Below are positions 1 to 13,429 of a stretch of 64,000 bases of DNA, in pieces. Source of the stretch: Octopus sinensis (taxonomy: Eukaryota); the NCBI RefSeq assembly GCF_006345805.1, contig NC_043000.1, forward strand, positions 132,184,001-132,248,000, in the 5' to 3' direction. Position 1 is the first letter of the stretch, and every line of letters starts with the position of its first letter. Under the pieces are notes generated by a model. It was not told where the DNA came from, searched no databases, and saw only the letters and a program-made list of their open reading frames with translations. The translations under genes were made by a program, and so were the position numbers.

Positions 1-308
1 TTCTAGGCAGATGGAAGCTAAGTCAATCTCTGCTGCATTTGCATTCAGAATGTTGAGCTGAACATTTCTGCCAACTTGAAAGAAGTAAAGAAATACTTAA
101 GGGTAATAGACTTAATCCAACATCCTTGCCAACACCATCATCCAGTCAAGGATGCCTTTAGCAGAGTTTGCTCTCCTGCAAGAATTTGGAGCAGTTCTTG
201 GTCTGAGCATAACTTGAGTTATATACACAATGATTGCTATTTCATCTAACAAATTTTATAGAATAAAAAAGTTTAAAAAATATGAAATTCTGAACATGGT
301 TTTAGTAC

Positions 309-496
309 CTCTTGAGCAAAAGACGGCATCTGTGAATTCACTATTTGTTGTGAATTTTCCTGAGAGTCACCACCACTTTCTTGACGCTGCTTTTCCTCTT
401 CTCTTCTCCTTATTTCTTCCTCTTCTCGAGCTTTCCTTTCAGCTTCTTCTTGAACTCTTTTAGCTATTCTTTCAGCTTGTATTTTCAAACAAGTTG
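309..496 (-). CDS. BPTF: BPTF exon (charged coiled-coil)
   Basis: catttAG|CA then TCLKIQAERIAKRVQEEAERKAREEEEIRRREEEKQRQ...FAQE|GTACTA. The acceptor phase matches the previous exon; the donor position is less certain. Confidence 0.8.
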
Positions 497-1208
497 CTAA
501 ATGACAAACAAATGAAACAGTGAGTATTCAAAAGCTAATGCATATACTGACATAATAATTAAAGACAAAAACAAATGTAAGCTATATCAAGGTTTATGAA
601 TCGAAACTAATATTATTTAATTCTTAATTAGCTGTATAGCTCTAAGGTAAACTTGACCATGGCAGGATCTGCACTCAGAATGTAAAGAACCACAAGGAAA
701 ACTGCAAGGCATTATTATGCTCTAACCATTCTGCCAATCCACTAACTTTAGTAACTGTTTACATAAGCACAAGGTCAGAAATTTAGAGGAGGGTAACAGT
801 CAATTATATCACCCTCAGTATGTGACTGGTACTTTATTTTATCGATTCCAAAACAATAAAAACAAAGTTGGCATCAGCACAATTTGAACTCAGAATGCTA
901 AGAATCAAAGCAAATATGTTCAAGCATTTTTTCCAACACTATACCAATCCTGCCAATCTACAGCCCTAATAATCCTTTCTACTAAAGGCACAAAACCCAA
1001 AATTTGGGAGAAGGGACTACTTGATTACATCGATCCCCTAGTGTTTCAATGACAATTTATCAACCAAGAAAGAATGAAAGGCAAAGTTGACCTCAGCAGG
1101 AATTTGAACTCAGAATGTAGTGACGGGCAAAATACTGCCAAGCATTTTGTCCAGCATGCTAACAATTCTGCCAGCTCACTACCTTAACTAATAATAATAA
1201 TAATAATG

Positions 1209-1239
<31 letters not shown>

Positions 1240-1241
<2 letters not shown>

Positions 1242-1620
1242 TATTGACAAAATGCACTCACATGATATGGTTTATCCATTTGACATCAGGGTCAACAAAA
1301 AAACAAAAAGTAGAGTATTATACTGACTTCATGTAGGAAATTCTTAAATATTAGAATAAAAAAATTGACAAGGTTGTGACTCAGCTAATTATCTTTGGGG
1401 CTTTGAGAACTATGGCAAAAAATTTAAGAGGAAATCTTGTAAAACTAGATCTTAATCTGGGAGTGAATGCAGTGCAGGAAACTAGCTTACTTGGATCAGC
1501 AAGAATTATCAAGGAAGTAAGGACATATAAGAATGTCATGGAGGAAACTTAATAGGAAAAAGGATAAAAATACTTCTGTTCCTTGATCCTGAGTTGTGGT
1601 CTGACAGAAAGTATGGTTAA
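1240..1620 (+). mobile_element. R4/Dong-like 3' fragment after (TAA)n
   Basis: IIFGALRTMAKNL...VQETSLLGSA; TAA tract at ~1190-1240. Confidence 0.6.
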
Positions 1621-2038
1621 AACATTAATGCCATATAACAGCAAAAAATAACATTATAAGTGCAAGCGTGGTTGTGTGTGCTTTGCAACCACATGGTTCC
1701 AGGTTCAGTCCCACTGTGTGGCACTTTGGGCAAGTGCCTGCTACTATAGTCTCTGGCTGACCAAAGCCTTGAGAGAGGATTTGGGAGATGGAAACTGAAA
1801 GAAGCCTATTATGCGTGTGTGTGAGTTTGTCCCCCACCACTTCAACAACCTGTGTTTGTGTGTATGTCCCTGTAACTTAGCAGTCTGACAAAAGAGACCG
1901 ATAGAATATGTACCCGGCTTAAAACAAAATACATGTACTAGGGTCAATTCGTTTAACTTAAATTTTTCAAGGTGGTGCCCCAGCATGACCACGGTCTAAT
2001 GACTGAAAGAAGTAAAAGATAAAAGATAATAATAATAC

Positions 2039-2244
2039 CATTTTCAATTTCTAAAACAGATTTTTTGCTTCCTTTCGCAGAATTGGTGAGATCTTCAGTC
2101 AAATTCATCTGTTTTAGGATTTCTTCCTTCATATCTTCAAGAGCCATAACTAGCTCTGCTTCAAACTCGTTTCTGTCAAGGCAGTCAATTAATTCCTCTA
2201 GTTCAGCCTTTGTGCTATAATACCAGGACTGACTGTCTTTCTCA
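2039..2244 (-). CDS. BPTF: BPTF exon
   Basis: taacAG|T then EKDSQSWYYSTKAELEELIDCLD...MNLTEDLTNSAKGSKKSVLEIEN+G|GTATTA. Phase 2 in, phase 1 out. Confidence 0.93.
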
Positions 2245-2700
2245 CTGTTAATAAAAATCATTGCTTAGTAATCTCATTTCAGAAAGAACAAAAAAATGAA
2301 AGCTGAAATACCTAACACCAGACTAAAAAATCAAGAGAGACATTTATGCATGTATATTTAATGCTTTAAAAATTATTTAACGTTCTCAATTTGCAAACCA
2401 AATACATTTTAGTCAGTGAATAATTTCATACAACATATGACAAATTTATTTTGAAGGTCACTTAATTATAGAAAACATAAACATACCAGTAATACAACTG
2501 GTGCAATTATTTTATACACACACACACACACACACTTGAGGCTTTGTCATGCCTTAAAGAGAAAGAAAATCTATTGCTTGGGATATAGAAACTTTAGAAT
2601 GAGAATTTAAACAAGCAAATTCTATTCTAGGCACCAGTCATAGTTTTAACAAAGAATTATGTGAAAATTTCTAAAACAAATATTTTAAACTGTAACTTAC

Positions 2701-2822
2701 ACAACCATTCTACGAATTAGGAACCAATAATTTCGCCCATGCCTATCATAACCAATAGGTTCATGTCGACATAGTAAGCCACTGCGTTCTGATTCAGAGA
2801 GGCAATCAGTCAGCCCTTTCAC
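2701..2822 (-). CDS. BPTF: BPTF exon (WSD/WHIM2 region)
   Basis: tttttAG|VKGLTDCLSESERSGLLCRHEPIGYDRHGRNYWFLIRRMV+GT|GTAAGT. 122 nt; HEPIGYDR..YWF motif typical of BPTF. Confidence 0.96.
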
Positions 2823-4169
2823 CTAAAAAAGAAGAAAATTAGATAATAAATAATAACCACAATTGACATCTGTTGACCAAAAGCAAGGATAGTTTTAGAG
2901 AAAGAATGTATGTTCAACTGAGATCGATATTGAAAAGTCTAGCAGGGTTTGTCTTAAGACAATGTAGCACCTATATATACATGTGTGTGTGAGAGAGAGA
3001 GAATCTATGAGCTGACAGTCATATTGACTTCATGACTTCTAAATGAGATATTGGAAGCATCCTTTTGAAATAAATTTGCAAATTGCAAACTGTTTCACAT
3101 AAAAATAATTGCATGTCATTCTCTAATCCATTTCTGTTTCTAAACAAGAATTTATATCAGCTTATTACAAAATTTAAAAAACAGAAAACTGTACTCAAGG
3201 TACTTATAGGCTTCTAACAATAATTGGTATTCAATATAATTCATATGGTATCACACTAAATCATTTGTTCTCGACCCTCCCTTTTTATTTTTTTTTTGTA
3301 ATTTAGAAGCACTTTGGATACAAAATAGAAAATTAATGGCACACTTCACATGAAAACTTAATAGAAAATTGTTTAGAAGCGAAAAAATTTAAATAACATG
3401 TTTTTTAAAACAGAGAAGGTTTTCTAAAGCCTTAAATTATATTTTCAAAAATGTTCAGTGTAATGTACCTCAATTTCACTTAATGCAACAATGTGCTGAG
3501 TTACACTGACAACTGCTACACTAAATAAAAACATCCAGTTTCTATCACTCTTTCATGTGTCATACCCTCCTTGAAAGTTACAGTGGATATGATGCCATGT
3601 TAAAAACAGTAGTTAAGTTTCCCTCCAATCTTACCCTAGTCTTAAAAAGGAAGCATATATTAAATCATGTGGTCCTAGATACACTGTGACTGAAAAAATG
3701 AGTTGGTCACAGTAGAAATGGCTTTGGTCATAAAAATACTCGAGCAGCTGTTTCTACAGCTGGATGCCATTCCTAACGCCAACCACTCTGAGAGTATAGT
3801 GGGTGCTTTTTACAACAATAAGACTTATATTTCATAAACACTAATAATAATTCTAATTTGGAAATGTTGACAACTACTTTAGTTTAAAATTTTTTTTAAT
3901 AATTAATAGAAACATATGGTCAATATTAAATTAAGGAAGAGGTGAAAATAAAACTATGGAAGATTCTAATCGGAATTAAATTAAAAGATTGTAAAAAAAA
4001 TAAAAATAAAACTAGAATTCTAGAGTATCAATAACTGAATATTAACAAATGAACGCTGTGATTTTTTTTTTTTATTAAATGGCTATAAAAGAAAATTATA
4101 AGAAACTAATAACTTGGTTCCATTATAATTTCAGATTTATGAAATTAAAAAAAAAAGTGTATCACTAAC

Positions 4170-4290
4170 TTGATGAGATTTGCATACACTGCATAACCAA
4201 TCATCCTCAGGAACTTCTTGAAGAGGTGGGTCAACACAGCTTAAATGGTATACAGCAGGGCAGGTTTCACAGCAGAGAAGATCACCCAGT
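4170..4290 (-). CDS. BPTF: BPTF exon: remainder of PHD finger 1
   Basis: tgtAG|A CTG GGT GAT... = (K)LGDLLCCETCPAVYHLSCVDPPLQEVPEDDWLCSVCKSHQ|GTTAGT. 121 nt; completes the phase-2 codon of exon 1. Confidence 0.96.
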
Positions 4291-7200
4291 CTACAATAAC
4301 ATGGAGCAGGAGAAAAATTAAACGACTGAACAAGGTTAGCAGGCTAATGTATATCAACAAAACAACAATTCGCAATAAACTGAAAAAAAAAAATGACAGA
4401 GATTATCCCATTTCACTGTTGAAATACACTATAAAACATATCACATTTTATAACATAAGTATATGAGGAATGACAGTGGGTCTGACGAAAGAAAGAAAGA
4501 TATATAGAAAGTAAAGCTTATGCATATTAAGACAAAGTTGTGTTTTTCTGAAGATTTATCATTGTCTTTCTTATATAAGAGAAAGATCTTCCTTTGAAAC
4601 AGACTTTTTCTGTTACTTCACTATACTATAAAACATGTATTTGGAAAGTATTCAAAAGAGTATACAGCAGCTAATAAAAAAGAAACAGAATTTGTACATA
4701 AGAAACTTAAAACAAAGATGCTTTCATTATTTTGCTTTTTTAATATTGAAAATAAATTTTTTTTTGATTTCTTTTATATCTAAAATTGAACTACTGAGGT
4801 GTCATTTGATAAATGCACCAACATAAAGAATATATTCTACCAAGGCTTTTTGACTACTTTTCCTTCATCTGTGGGAGCCTCACAAAATAGCATTCCCTAA
4901 ATTTCTAGGGCACCAAAAAGGTCAGTTCACATAACTGTCTGTCTTTCAATATTTCATCAATGACCTTTTCAAGTCAGACTTCACTTATTTTTGTCTGACA
5001 GCCCTTCTGTAATCACTATTCTTTCAATGTACTCCAGTTCCTACTACAGCAAAATCTAGACTCAAATCAGATGTAAATACAATTATTTCCAAGTACATTG
5101 AACCTATATTATCAAATAACCAACTCTTTCAACTAAAGCTAGATTCATTTAACAATTAGTATGCAACTCTAAACCATATCACAGTAGTTTATTATGTATA
5201 AATGAGAAAGAGTATTGCCTATAGACTGCAAGAGCTTTTTCAAATGAAAGGAAAACAATGGGTGGATAAGATTGGTGTGAATGATGAAAAGACCAATGAT
5301 TTTTGTTATGTAAGAAGAATTAGAATGGGGTAAAAACTTATAGGGCAGTGATTCTTGGAATAAAAGACTCAAGATGATGTTTAACACACAGCTCAGAAAG
5401 AAACAGTAAATGAGTGATAAGAGGAACAATATAAATAGCAAGGAGTAATAAATGACATTAATTTGAAGTTGGATTCAGATATTAAATTCCGGAAAGCATC
5501 AGCTATTGAAAAATGAATAAGGCAAGCCAAGTTCATAATAAAAAATATTTGTCAAAAACTTTGATGATTACATAGTGTCTTTACTGCTCACATTTGAGAA
5601 CTGTATATTGGTGTTTATATGCAGCAAGAAGAACCAAGACACCAAAATAAGTGTAATGGCAACAGATACGATACATCACTAATGATGATTGTCTTCAATA
5701 CATTTTCAACTTGGCCACCTGTAATTCCATATGGAATTTAATCAAGCTTATTTCTTCAGAGAAGTTCAATTTATTGTTTGTCTCCTCAGTATTTTTTTTA
5801 TATATGAAATGTCTTTCTATTATTTCTGATACTTTAACTTCTAAATACTCTAGAATTTAGTAAAAATTATAAATTCTTGAACCTCAACTTCCTATATTGA
5901 TATTACCACTTGTTATTTCACTGTTGAATGTACAAAGATTAATGAGAACAATCTGAAGATTTAGGGCTAACAAATATGCGAAAGTTATCAATGAGAACCA
6001 CAGTTCCTTAAAGGTATATACAAACAAAATGCAAATTTAAACCCAACAAAAATCTTTCAAAAAGTTATGTATGCTACTCCCTAGTAGCAGTCCTGAACTA
6101 ATCATGGATCCTTACAGATTAGAAGAGAAGAAGCTTCATAACAATAGTTAAGGAAAAGATATACATTTATTAACAGCATATAAGCAATGAGCTTGAATCT
6201 TTAAATGTTAAGAGCAATGAAAGGATTGTTAGTAGATGAGAACATATGGATCCATAATTATAGTTAAGGACAAAACTGCACCTTTAAAACAGATAGGACC
6301 AATTGGATCACCTTTAGTGGAAATGAAAGTGGAATTTTTTTTCCATCTGAGCATATGATAAAACATGTTCATGATCTTTATATAGAAAGATGACAGTAAA
6401 TATGTAAGGTAGATACTTCAATTTCAATACTTATTGTCAAAATTACTTACCTTAAAAAGTTAATCAGGCAACCTATTAGATATATCATATAATATACCAG
6501 ACATTATAAACATATCTTATCATCTGATAAAAATCTAAAAGACATAATCTACCATGTTAGATCTATCTTATCTCATACATAAATATAAATTAGATGATAG
6601 ACAGTTGTACAATTGGAGAAATGAAGCTGGATGGAATGCATATGATACACAACTGCACAACACAACATCGTTGCATGATACAACATACAAAATGGTACAA
6701 CACATAATTTTACAAAATAGATATGACAATACATAAATGATGATGAATATATGTACATGACACAATACTAATTTGAAACATACATACAATAGAAACCTAC
6801 TGAATACACATACAAACAAATGTTTCATAGCAAACATGCCATATGGAGGTGTCAAACAAAATACAACCAAACTATCAAGCACATATCCCATCTAACATAC
6901 AAAACTATCTTGCACACATCTCACATACAGACTATTACTATCACTTTCATCTAAACTTATTAAGTGTAAAGGATAAAAATAAAACTTTAACAAAATTAGT
7001 AATTTGCTTGAAACAAATTACTAATTTAAATGCTAATTTATTACATTTGTCAAATTAATAACAATTTTACAATATATAAACATTAAACTATATATAATTT
7101 TACTATATATAATATACTATATGCTTATATATAATTTTACTATATATAAACATTAAATATAAGAAATAAATTATAATGCATGTAGATATATCCCTGAACA

Positions 7201-8605
7201 CTTAACATTTATAAATGTAAATGAAGTATATACTAACTGAACTTTACAGAAGCATGTAAGCACAGCAAGCACACACTCACATAAACATATCTAATACAGT
7301 TATTCATTCATAAATATACTATGTCAATGTTTTTTTTTTTTCATAATGCAGACAAAATAATATACAAATGTTATGTATACTTCCATAAATACATTGTCAC
7401 TTTTCATAACACACAAACATAATCCTACCATAGCATTCGCATTCATGAATAAACTGTCACATTTTACAAAACACACATACACAAACCTACATAAACAATT
7501 ACAAAATCAAAAGATGCTTAAACAAATGATCAAATTACAAATGAAACAGAAAAATAAATATAAATCTCTTCCCAAAATAAAATATTTTTAAGATGACAAT
7601 AACAAACATATTAGGTGAATTTAAAGCCATTGTTAAATCTGTTAACCCTATATGGATGAATCAATTTGATTACATATCATCCATATAATATTACTAAATT
7701 AATGTTAGTAGCTATAGAAGACATTGGCTACGACATATCACACACACACATATACACACAAACACATAGACACCATGCAGGTGTGAAGGTATATTTTGTT
7801 CTTTTTTCCTGACAGCATCTATGCATGCATTTATATGGTCTGTTGATATGCATGCATATGCAATGCATTAACTGCCTAAATTAATGAATGAAGTTAGATC
7901 TATGAATATATTTTAGTTATCAAACATACAGCTATGTGTATGTGTGTGTATGTGAAAGAATTTAGTTACTGAAAATACTGAAGAGACTATTGCAAGCATG
8001 AAGGATTGTTGATTTAAATTCCAGGCATTATATACATTAAGCTGCCACCAAAAGAAATAGAGAGAGAATGTAGAGAAGAATGCTTACAGAGTATTATATA
8101 GGCATATGAGAAATCATACAAGAAGGTCTGGTTTGTTATACATAAGCTATCCACAGTGAGAGAGGAAAACATTATGAAGAAAATCTATTTTGCTCTAACT
8201 GACCTTTTCCCTAATTAATGACATATACTAAATGAGATCAAAAACATTGAAAAGATATGATTCTAGCCCTCTATTCTTTGTTAACTCTCACACCCCTTAA
8301 CCAATTATTTTGCAACACTACAGTGATCTGACCATTTATTGTTATACCTCAGTTTCCAAACTCGTATTTTCCATTATCTCTCAATAATTCAAACCCACAT
8401 CATTTCTTCAAATCCCCATCACTCTAGATCATCAGATTCTTTGTATGCCAATCTATTTCATGATACCCGGTTGCTCTAACCCACAATTACTTATTTAGTT
8501 CCTCAGTACCAATTCATTTATTCTGTAATATATCTCACATCATCATTTCATGATACATTACTCAGTTTAAGCTCATCTATTCAGTGATTAACTGCATAAA
8601 CTTAC

Positions 8606-8694
8606 CGCAGTAGCTGCAGCCTATCTGTTCTGTGATAATTACATGGCTCAAGTTCATCTATTTCATCATAACTATCTACTATAGTTGATGGCAT
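8606..8694 (-). CDS. Candidate alternative first coding exon of BPTF (MPSTIVDSYDEIDELEPCNYHRTDRLQLLR)
   Basis: ATG-led 29 codons + CG followed by a perfect GTAAGT donor (8605-8600). Phase 2, in frame with the 4290 exon. No transcript evidence. Confidence 0.35.
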
Positions 8695-9550
8695 AAAATA
8701 TGCAAGGGCACACCAGACACACCCTAATTTCAGCAGTGCATATTGAGGCAAAAAAAGTTGTTAATGCACTGAAGCTTATGCAAGGCCCAATTTTGCAAAC
8801 AGGATCTGGGGTGATATTTTGGATACATTTTCTTTTGGAAAAAAGTGTCTGATGCATCATCAGACGTGTTATTTTGTGATACTAAAAATTTCAGATCATC
8901 TAATATCCTAATACCTTTCTTTTTAACATGATCAATCTACCTATTTTAGTTTATATCACTGCTACCCCTCCATGCATACAATCCCAATGAACAGAAATTT
9001 GATCAGATATTCTCAATATCTAAAACTAATTAATCCATGCCCAATCTATTTTGGCAAAAAAAAAAAAAAATAATAATAATAATATAATTGGTAGATTAAT
9101 TTATATGCTAATTAAATAGGTTGTTCAGAATAATTTCAAAGCTTTGAAAGTAAATAAAAACTGCAACAAAGGTACACAAAGAAACAACAACAACAAAAGA
9201 CAATGGCCAACACATGCACCAATTATGAAAGCAACATTTTATCAAATGTTACAGGTGGCAAATTAGAAATTAGAATATTTTTAACATGCAACACAAAAAG
9301 GAACTAATAATAATTTTATTAAAAAATCCAAAACCATTCCGAATGAGCCAAAATTCTCAAAGAATGGTATATTACCTTCTAGTCGTCAGCACATTTTAAA
9401 AGGAGTCGAGGGGAAAAAAATAATAATAAATGAAATTAATAAAATGTAACAAAAGAGAAAAAAATTCAAGTATTATTTCATAAATATGGACACACAAACA
9501 TACACACACACGCACTCACACATATTCAAATATTATATACATACATATTG

Positions 9551-9630
<80 letters not shown>

Positions 9631-9870
9631 CCATTCTTTATGTTATAGGCATGTTAAATTATTATATACACATTATATGATACATACATACTACATAGTA
9701 TATATTATAATCATAGTAAATGGATTATATATACACACACACACACACACGCTACATAGGACATATTGTAGAAGTACTCTAAATATTGTATGTTACATAT
9801 ATGGGCATATACATAAGTATGTTTATGTGAATGTGTTATGTGAGTTTGTATGTGTGTATGTGTATATATA

Positions 9871-9904
<34 letters not shown>

Positions 9905-11308
9905 CACTCACACACGCACATACATACGTACCTGTACATACATGAGTGTATATATAAATATATTTGTATACACCTATATGTACATGTGTGTGTGTATATA
10001 TATATATATATAGTACGGCTGTAAGGTACAAACATGACTGTGGTTAAAAACTTCTATTTCAAACCAAGTAGTTTTAAGTTCAGTTCCATTGTGTGACACA
10101 CTGTAATACTTTACCAGTCATATCTGGTCCAAATATTCTCTCTTTTGTTCAAACCAACCAGATCCAACCTCTCACACCTACCCTACAATATCATTCTAAA
10201 ACTATACAATCACATCATTGAAATCGCAAAGCTATGAGATAATGAATGATAAATTCAAATCTATGTGAACAAATAAGCATTACATTTGACAGAATAATCT
10301 GAATGCTAAAGGGTTAAGTGTTTTCCACTATAGCCCTGGGCTAACTAAAGCCTTCAGAATGGATTTCATAGACAGAAACAGAAAGAAGTCTGTAGTATGT
10401 ATATATATACATATATATACAAGTATATATGTGTATATATTTGTCTCCTTATCTTGAAATCATACAATAGTTGTAGACAACCATTGCTGTTTTACAAGCA
10501 GTATTCTTTGTTTCTGATTTATTGTGAAAACACGTCTGACCATGGAGTAATATTACCTTGTTTGGAAAAAACGGTGAGTGACAGGAAGAGCATCCAACTG
10601 TAGAAAATCTGCCTCAATAAATTCCAGCTGATCCATACAAGCACAGATGAGTGAACACTAAAACCAGGATGATAGTTGTTGTGGCCAATGCTGGTGTTTC
10701 ATAACTGACACGTAAAAAGCACCCACTACACTCTTGGAATGGTTGGCATTAGGAAGGGCATCCAGCCATAGAAACCAGGCCAAATCAGATTGAAACCTTG
10801 TGCAGCTCCCCAGCTTACCAGTTTTCAGTCAAACTGTCCAACCCAAGCCAGTATGGAAAACAGACGTTAAATGATGATGATCACATACACACACATACAT
10901 GTATAGACATATAAAAAGTTGTGTATGTATGTATATACACACACGTTTATATACATACATTTGTATATCATCATTATCAAATGTCCACTTTTACATGCTC
11001 ATATGAGCCAGATGGAATTTGCTGAGACAGAGTTTCTACTGCAAAATGCCCCTCCTGTCAGCAACCCTCACTGGTTTCCAAGCCAGTTAACATTTCCTCA
11101 CAGCCAGACATGTTTTCATGGAAGACTGGAAACAAACATCACTTGTATGATAGTGATGCTCGTTTATAATCAAGACAAGGGTACAATCAAGCACACATAC
11201 ACAGACATACTACACATACACTGCAACTATTCTACTTTCATTCTCTTATTTCCCTCTATATTCCTTATCTTTTCTACAATAATTTGAACTCAAATATTTC
11301 CTCATATC

Positions 11309-11356
11309 GTCTCTGATGAAGGGATATCCATTATATCCCAGAAACAGCTGTAGGAC
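11309..11356 (+). ncRNA. Minimal type I hammerhead ribozyme (PLE-type, palindromic stem III)
   Basis: GTCT-CTGATGA-A-GGGATAT(CCATT)ATATCCC-A-GAAA-CAGCTG-TA-GGAC. Confidence 0.75.
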
Positions 11357-11673
11357 TATTTCATTATAAATGTCCTGAAATCTCCTCAAAGCCTTGGATT
11401 TGTTATCTTATTCAGTCAGAGAGAGAGAGAGAGAGAAACCTACCCACCATAAAGGGCTTCTTTCAGTTTCTACCTATCAAATCTAAAGATAAGCCTTTGG
11501 TTGACCTGAAGCTTCAATAGAAGACACTTGCTCAAGGTGCCACACAATGGGACTAAACATCATCATCATCACTGTTTCTGAGACTACATGGCTGGGAAGC
11601 AAGCTTCTAACAATACAATCACAACTGTGCCATATATATATACAACACATGTTTATATGCATACACATACACA

Positions 11674-11709
<36 letters not shown>

Positions 11710-12879
11710 GTGTGTGTGATATATATATATATATGTTTACATTACATGCACATGTGTGTATTTAGGCACACACACATAAATGTATGTACGTGTGATCAGT
11801 CTCTAAAGTGGTTTGTGTCAGTCTGCTTCAGCAAGACAGTAAAATCGATAAAAAGAATAAAGTGTATATATGTATATCAATATTATGAACCTTCTCGTAG
11901 TAAACAACAGATGAGGGTTACAAATTTTCTCACTGAACAACCAGCACGGACAATTTGTTTACAATGACCAGATGTTAAGGCTGCACCACATCGGCTCATT
12001 CCCTACATCAAAATCAACATTGTACAGGTACACAGTGTGCAATATGTCAGCTGTCAAAGTGATCACAGAACAACATGATGTGTTTTGCCAAGAACACAAC
12101 CCATTGCCCAGTCCAGGATTCAAAGCCACAATATTACAGTCACAAGTGCAACACTCTAACCAATAGGCCATGCATACTCACATACACAAATACTATATAG
12201 TTTATGCATAATATACATATTTTATAAGCTATACATCCTTGTGATATCAGTGTCTGAAAATATGCTGATTTTTTATATACTGTAGCGGCGAGGTTTGAGT
12301 GGCATGTGGTGACTGGCTGCCTCCCACTGATGATCTCCAGTAGAATGAAATCACATGATATGGGAGTTCTGACACCCATGACAGATAATTTTCATCTGCT
12401 ACAATCTACGTTTGTGCTTTTAGATATCAATTGTCTATATGAGAAGATCTCTCAAGGCTAATAACGCAGTATTCAGTGTTCCAACAAGACATCCACATTA
12501 GGTTGGATATTAAGACACAAACACACACACACATATATTTTATATAGAAAGCCAAGAACTATATATGAATGCAAGCATATTCTTTCTATGCTTTCAATGT
12601 ATGGAAAAAACGGGTCTCTTGACAAGGCATTTCGTCATTTGTTGATCACTCCTCAGAGCAAACATAACCTATTTCTTTCTCTTTTTTCCTGCACATCTAA
12701 AGCATAAAAGAAATACATTTACATTCTAACATAGTTCTTTATCATGACTAATGGCTTTCTAATTATCTAACTTCTGATTCATATTATGATGTGCACAAAA
12801 TAATATATATCATTAACAAATTTCTAAATCACAAATAAGCTAATTAAGCTGCCCATCTTGGTGGTAGCTCAATATATCA

Positions 12880-13200
12880 TCATCATCATCGTTTAGCGTC
12901 CGTTTTCCATGCTAGCATGGGTTGGACGGGTCAACTGGGGTCTGTGAAGCTGGAAGGCTTCATCAGGCCCAGTCAGATCTGGCAGTGTTTCTACGGCTGG
13001 ATGCCCTTCCTAACGCCAACCACTCCGCGAATGTAGTGGGTGTTTTTTACGTGCCACCTGCACAGGTGCCAGACAGAGCTGGCGAACGGCCACGAACGGA
13101 TGGTGCTTTTACGTGTCACCGGCACGGGGCCAGGCGATGCTGGCAACGGACACGAACGGATGGTGCTTTTACGTGCCACCGACACGGGGCCAGACAGAGC
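12880..13200 (-). mobile_element. RTE 3'-end non-autonomous fragment (also at ~10680-10880, 32720-32905, 35330-35460, 41950-42250, 51130-51310, 52850-53070)
   Basis: The catcatc-gtttaacgtcc...ctggatgcccttcctaacgccaacc motif is identical to the RTE 3' UTR. Confidence 0.8.
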
Positions 13201-13390
13201 TGGCTATATATATACATATACCTGTAATATAATATGTGACAATTATTCGGATGGCAGGGCAGAAATTTGCACCGGCATCTCTTATCGAGGCAATCAAAAT
13301 ATGCTATATCTATGATATCACAGATAAATTCCTCTATTTACATAATATCGAGGTCTCTTTCATTCTTTTGTTGTCTTACCATTACTATAA

Positions 13391-13429
<39 letters not shown>

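Noticed and set aside
100-200. Acceptor-like TTCTTGCAG (minus) as the next BPTF exon
   Set aside because: All three frames hit a stop before a credible donor.
4760-5700. Faint RT-like motifs (FINDL; LTFENCILVF)
   Set aside because: Too decayed to assign; possibly an ancient LINE but not supportable by eye.
8848-8866. GTCTGATG-CAT-CATCAGAC hairpin containing CTGATGA on minus
   Set aside because: The core sequence is locked in an 8-bp stem with no other HHR elements; likely chance.
13222-13395. Repeat related to the 42.5-kb palindrome as an HHR
   Set aside because: The segment that would hold GAAA-stem III is missing in this copy and no core is readable.
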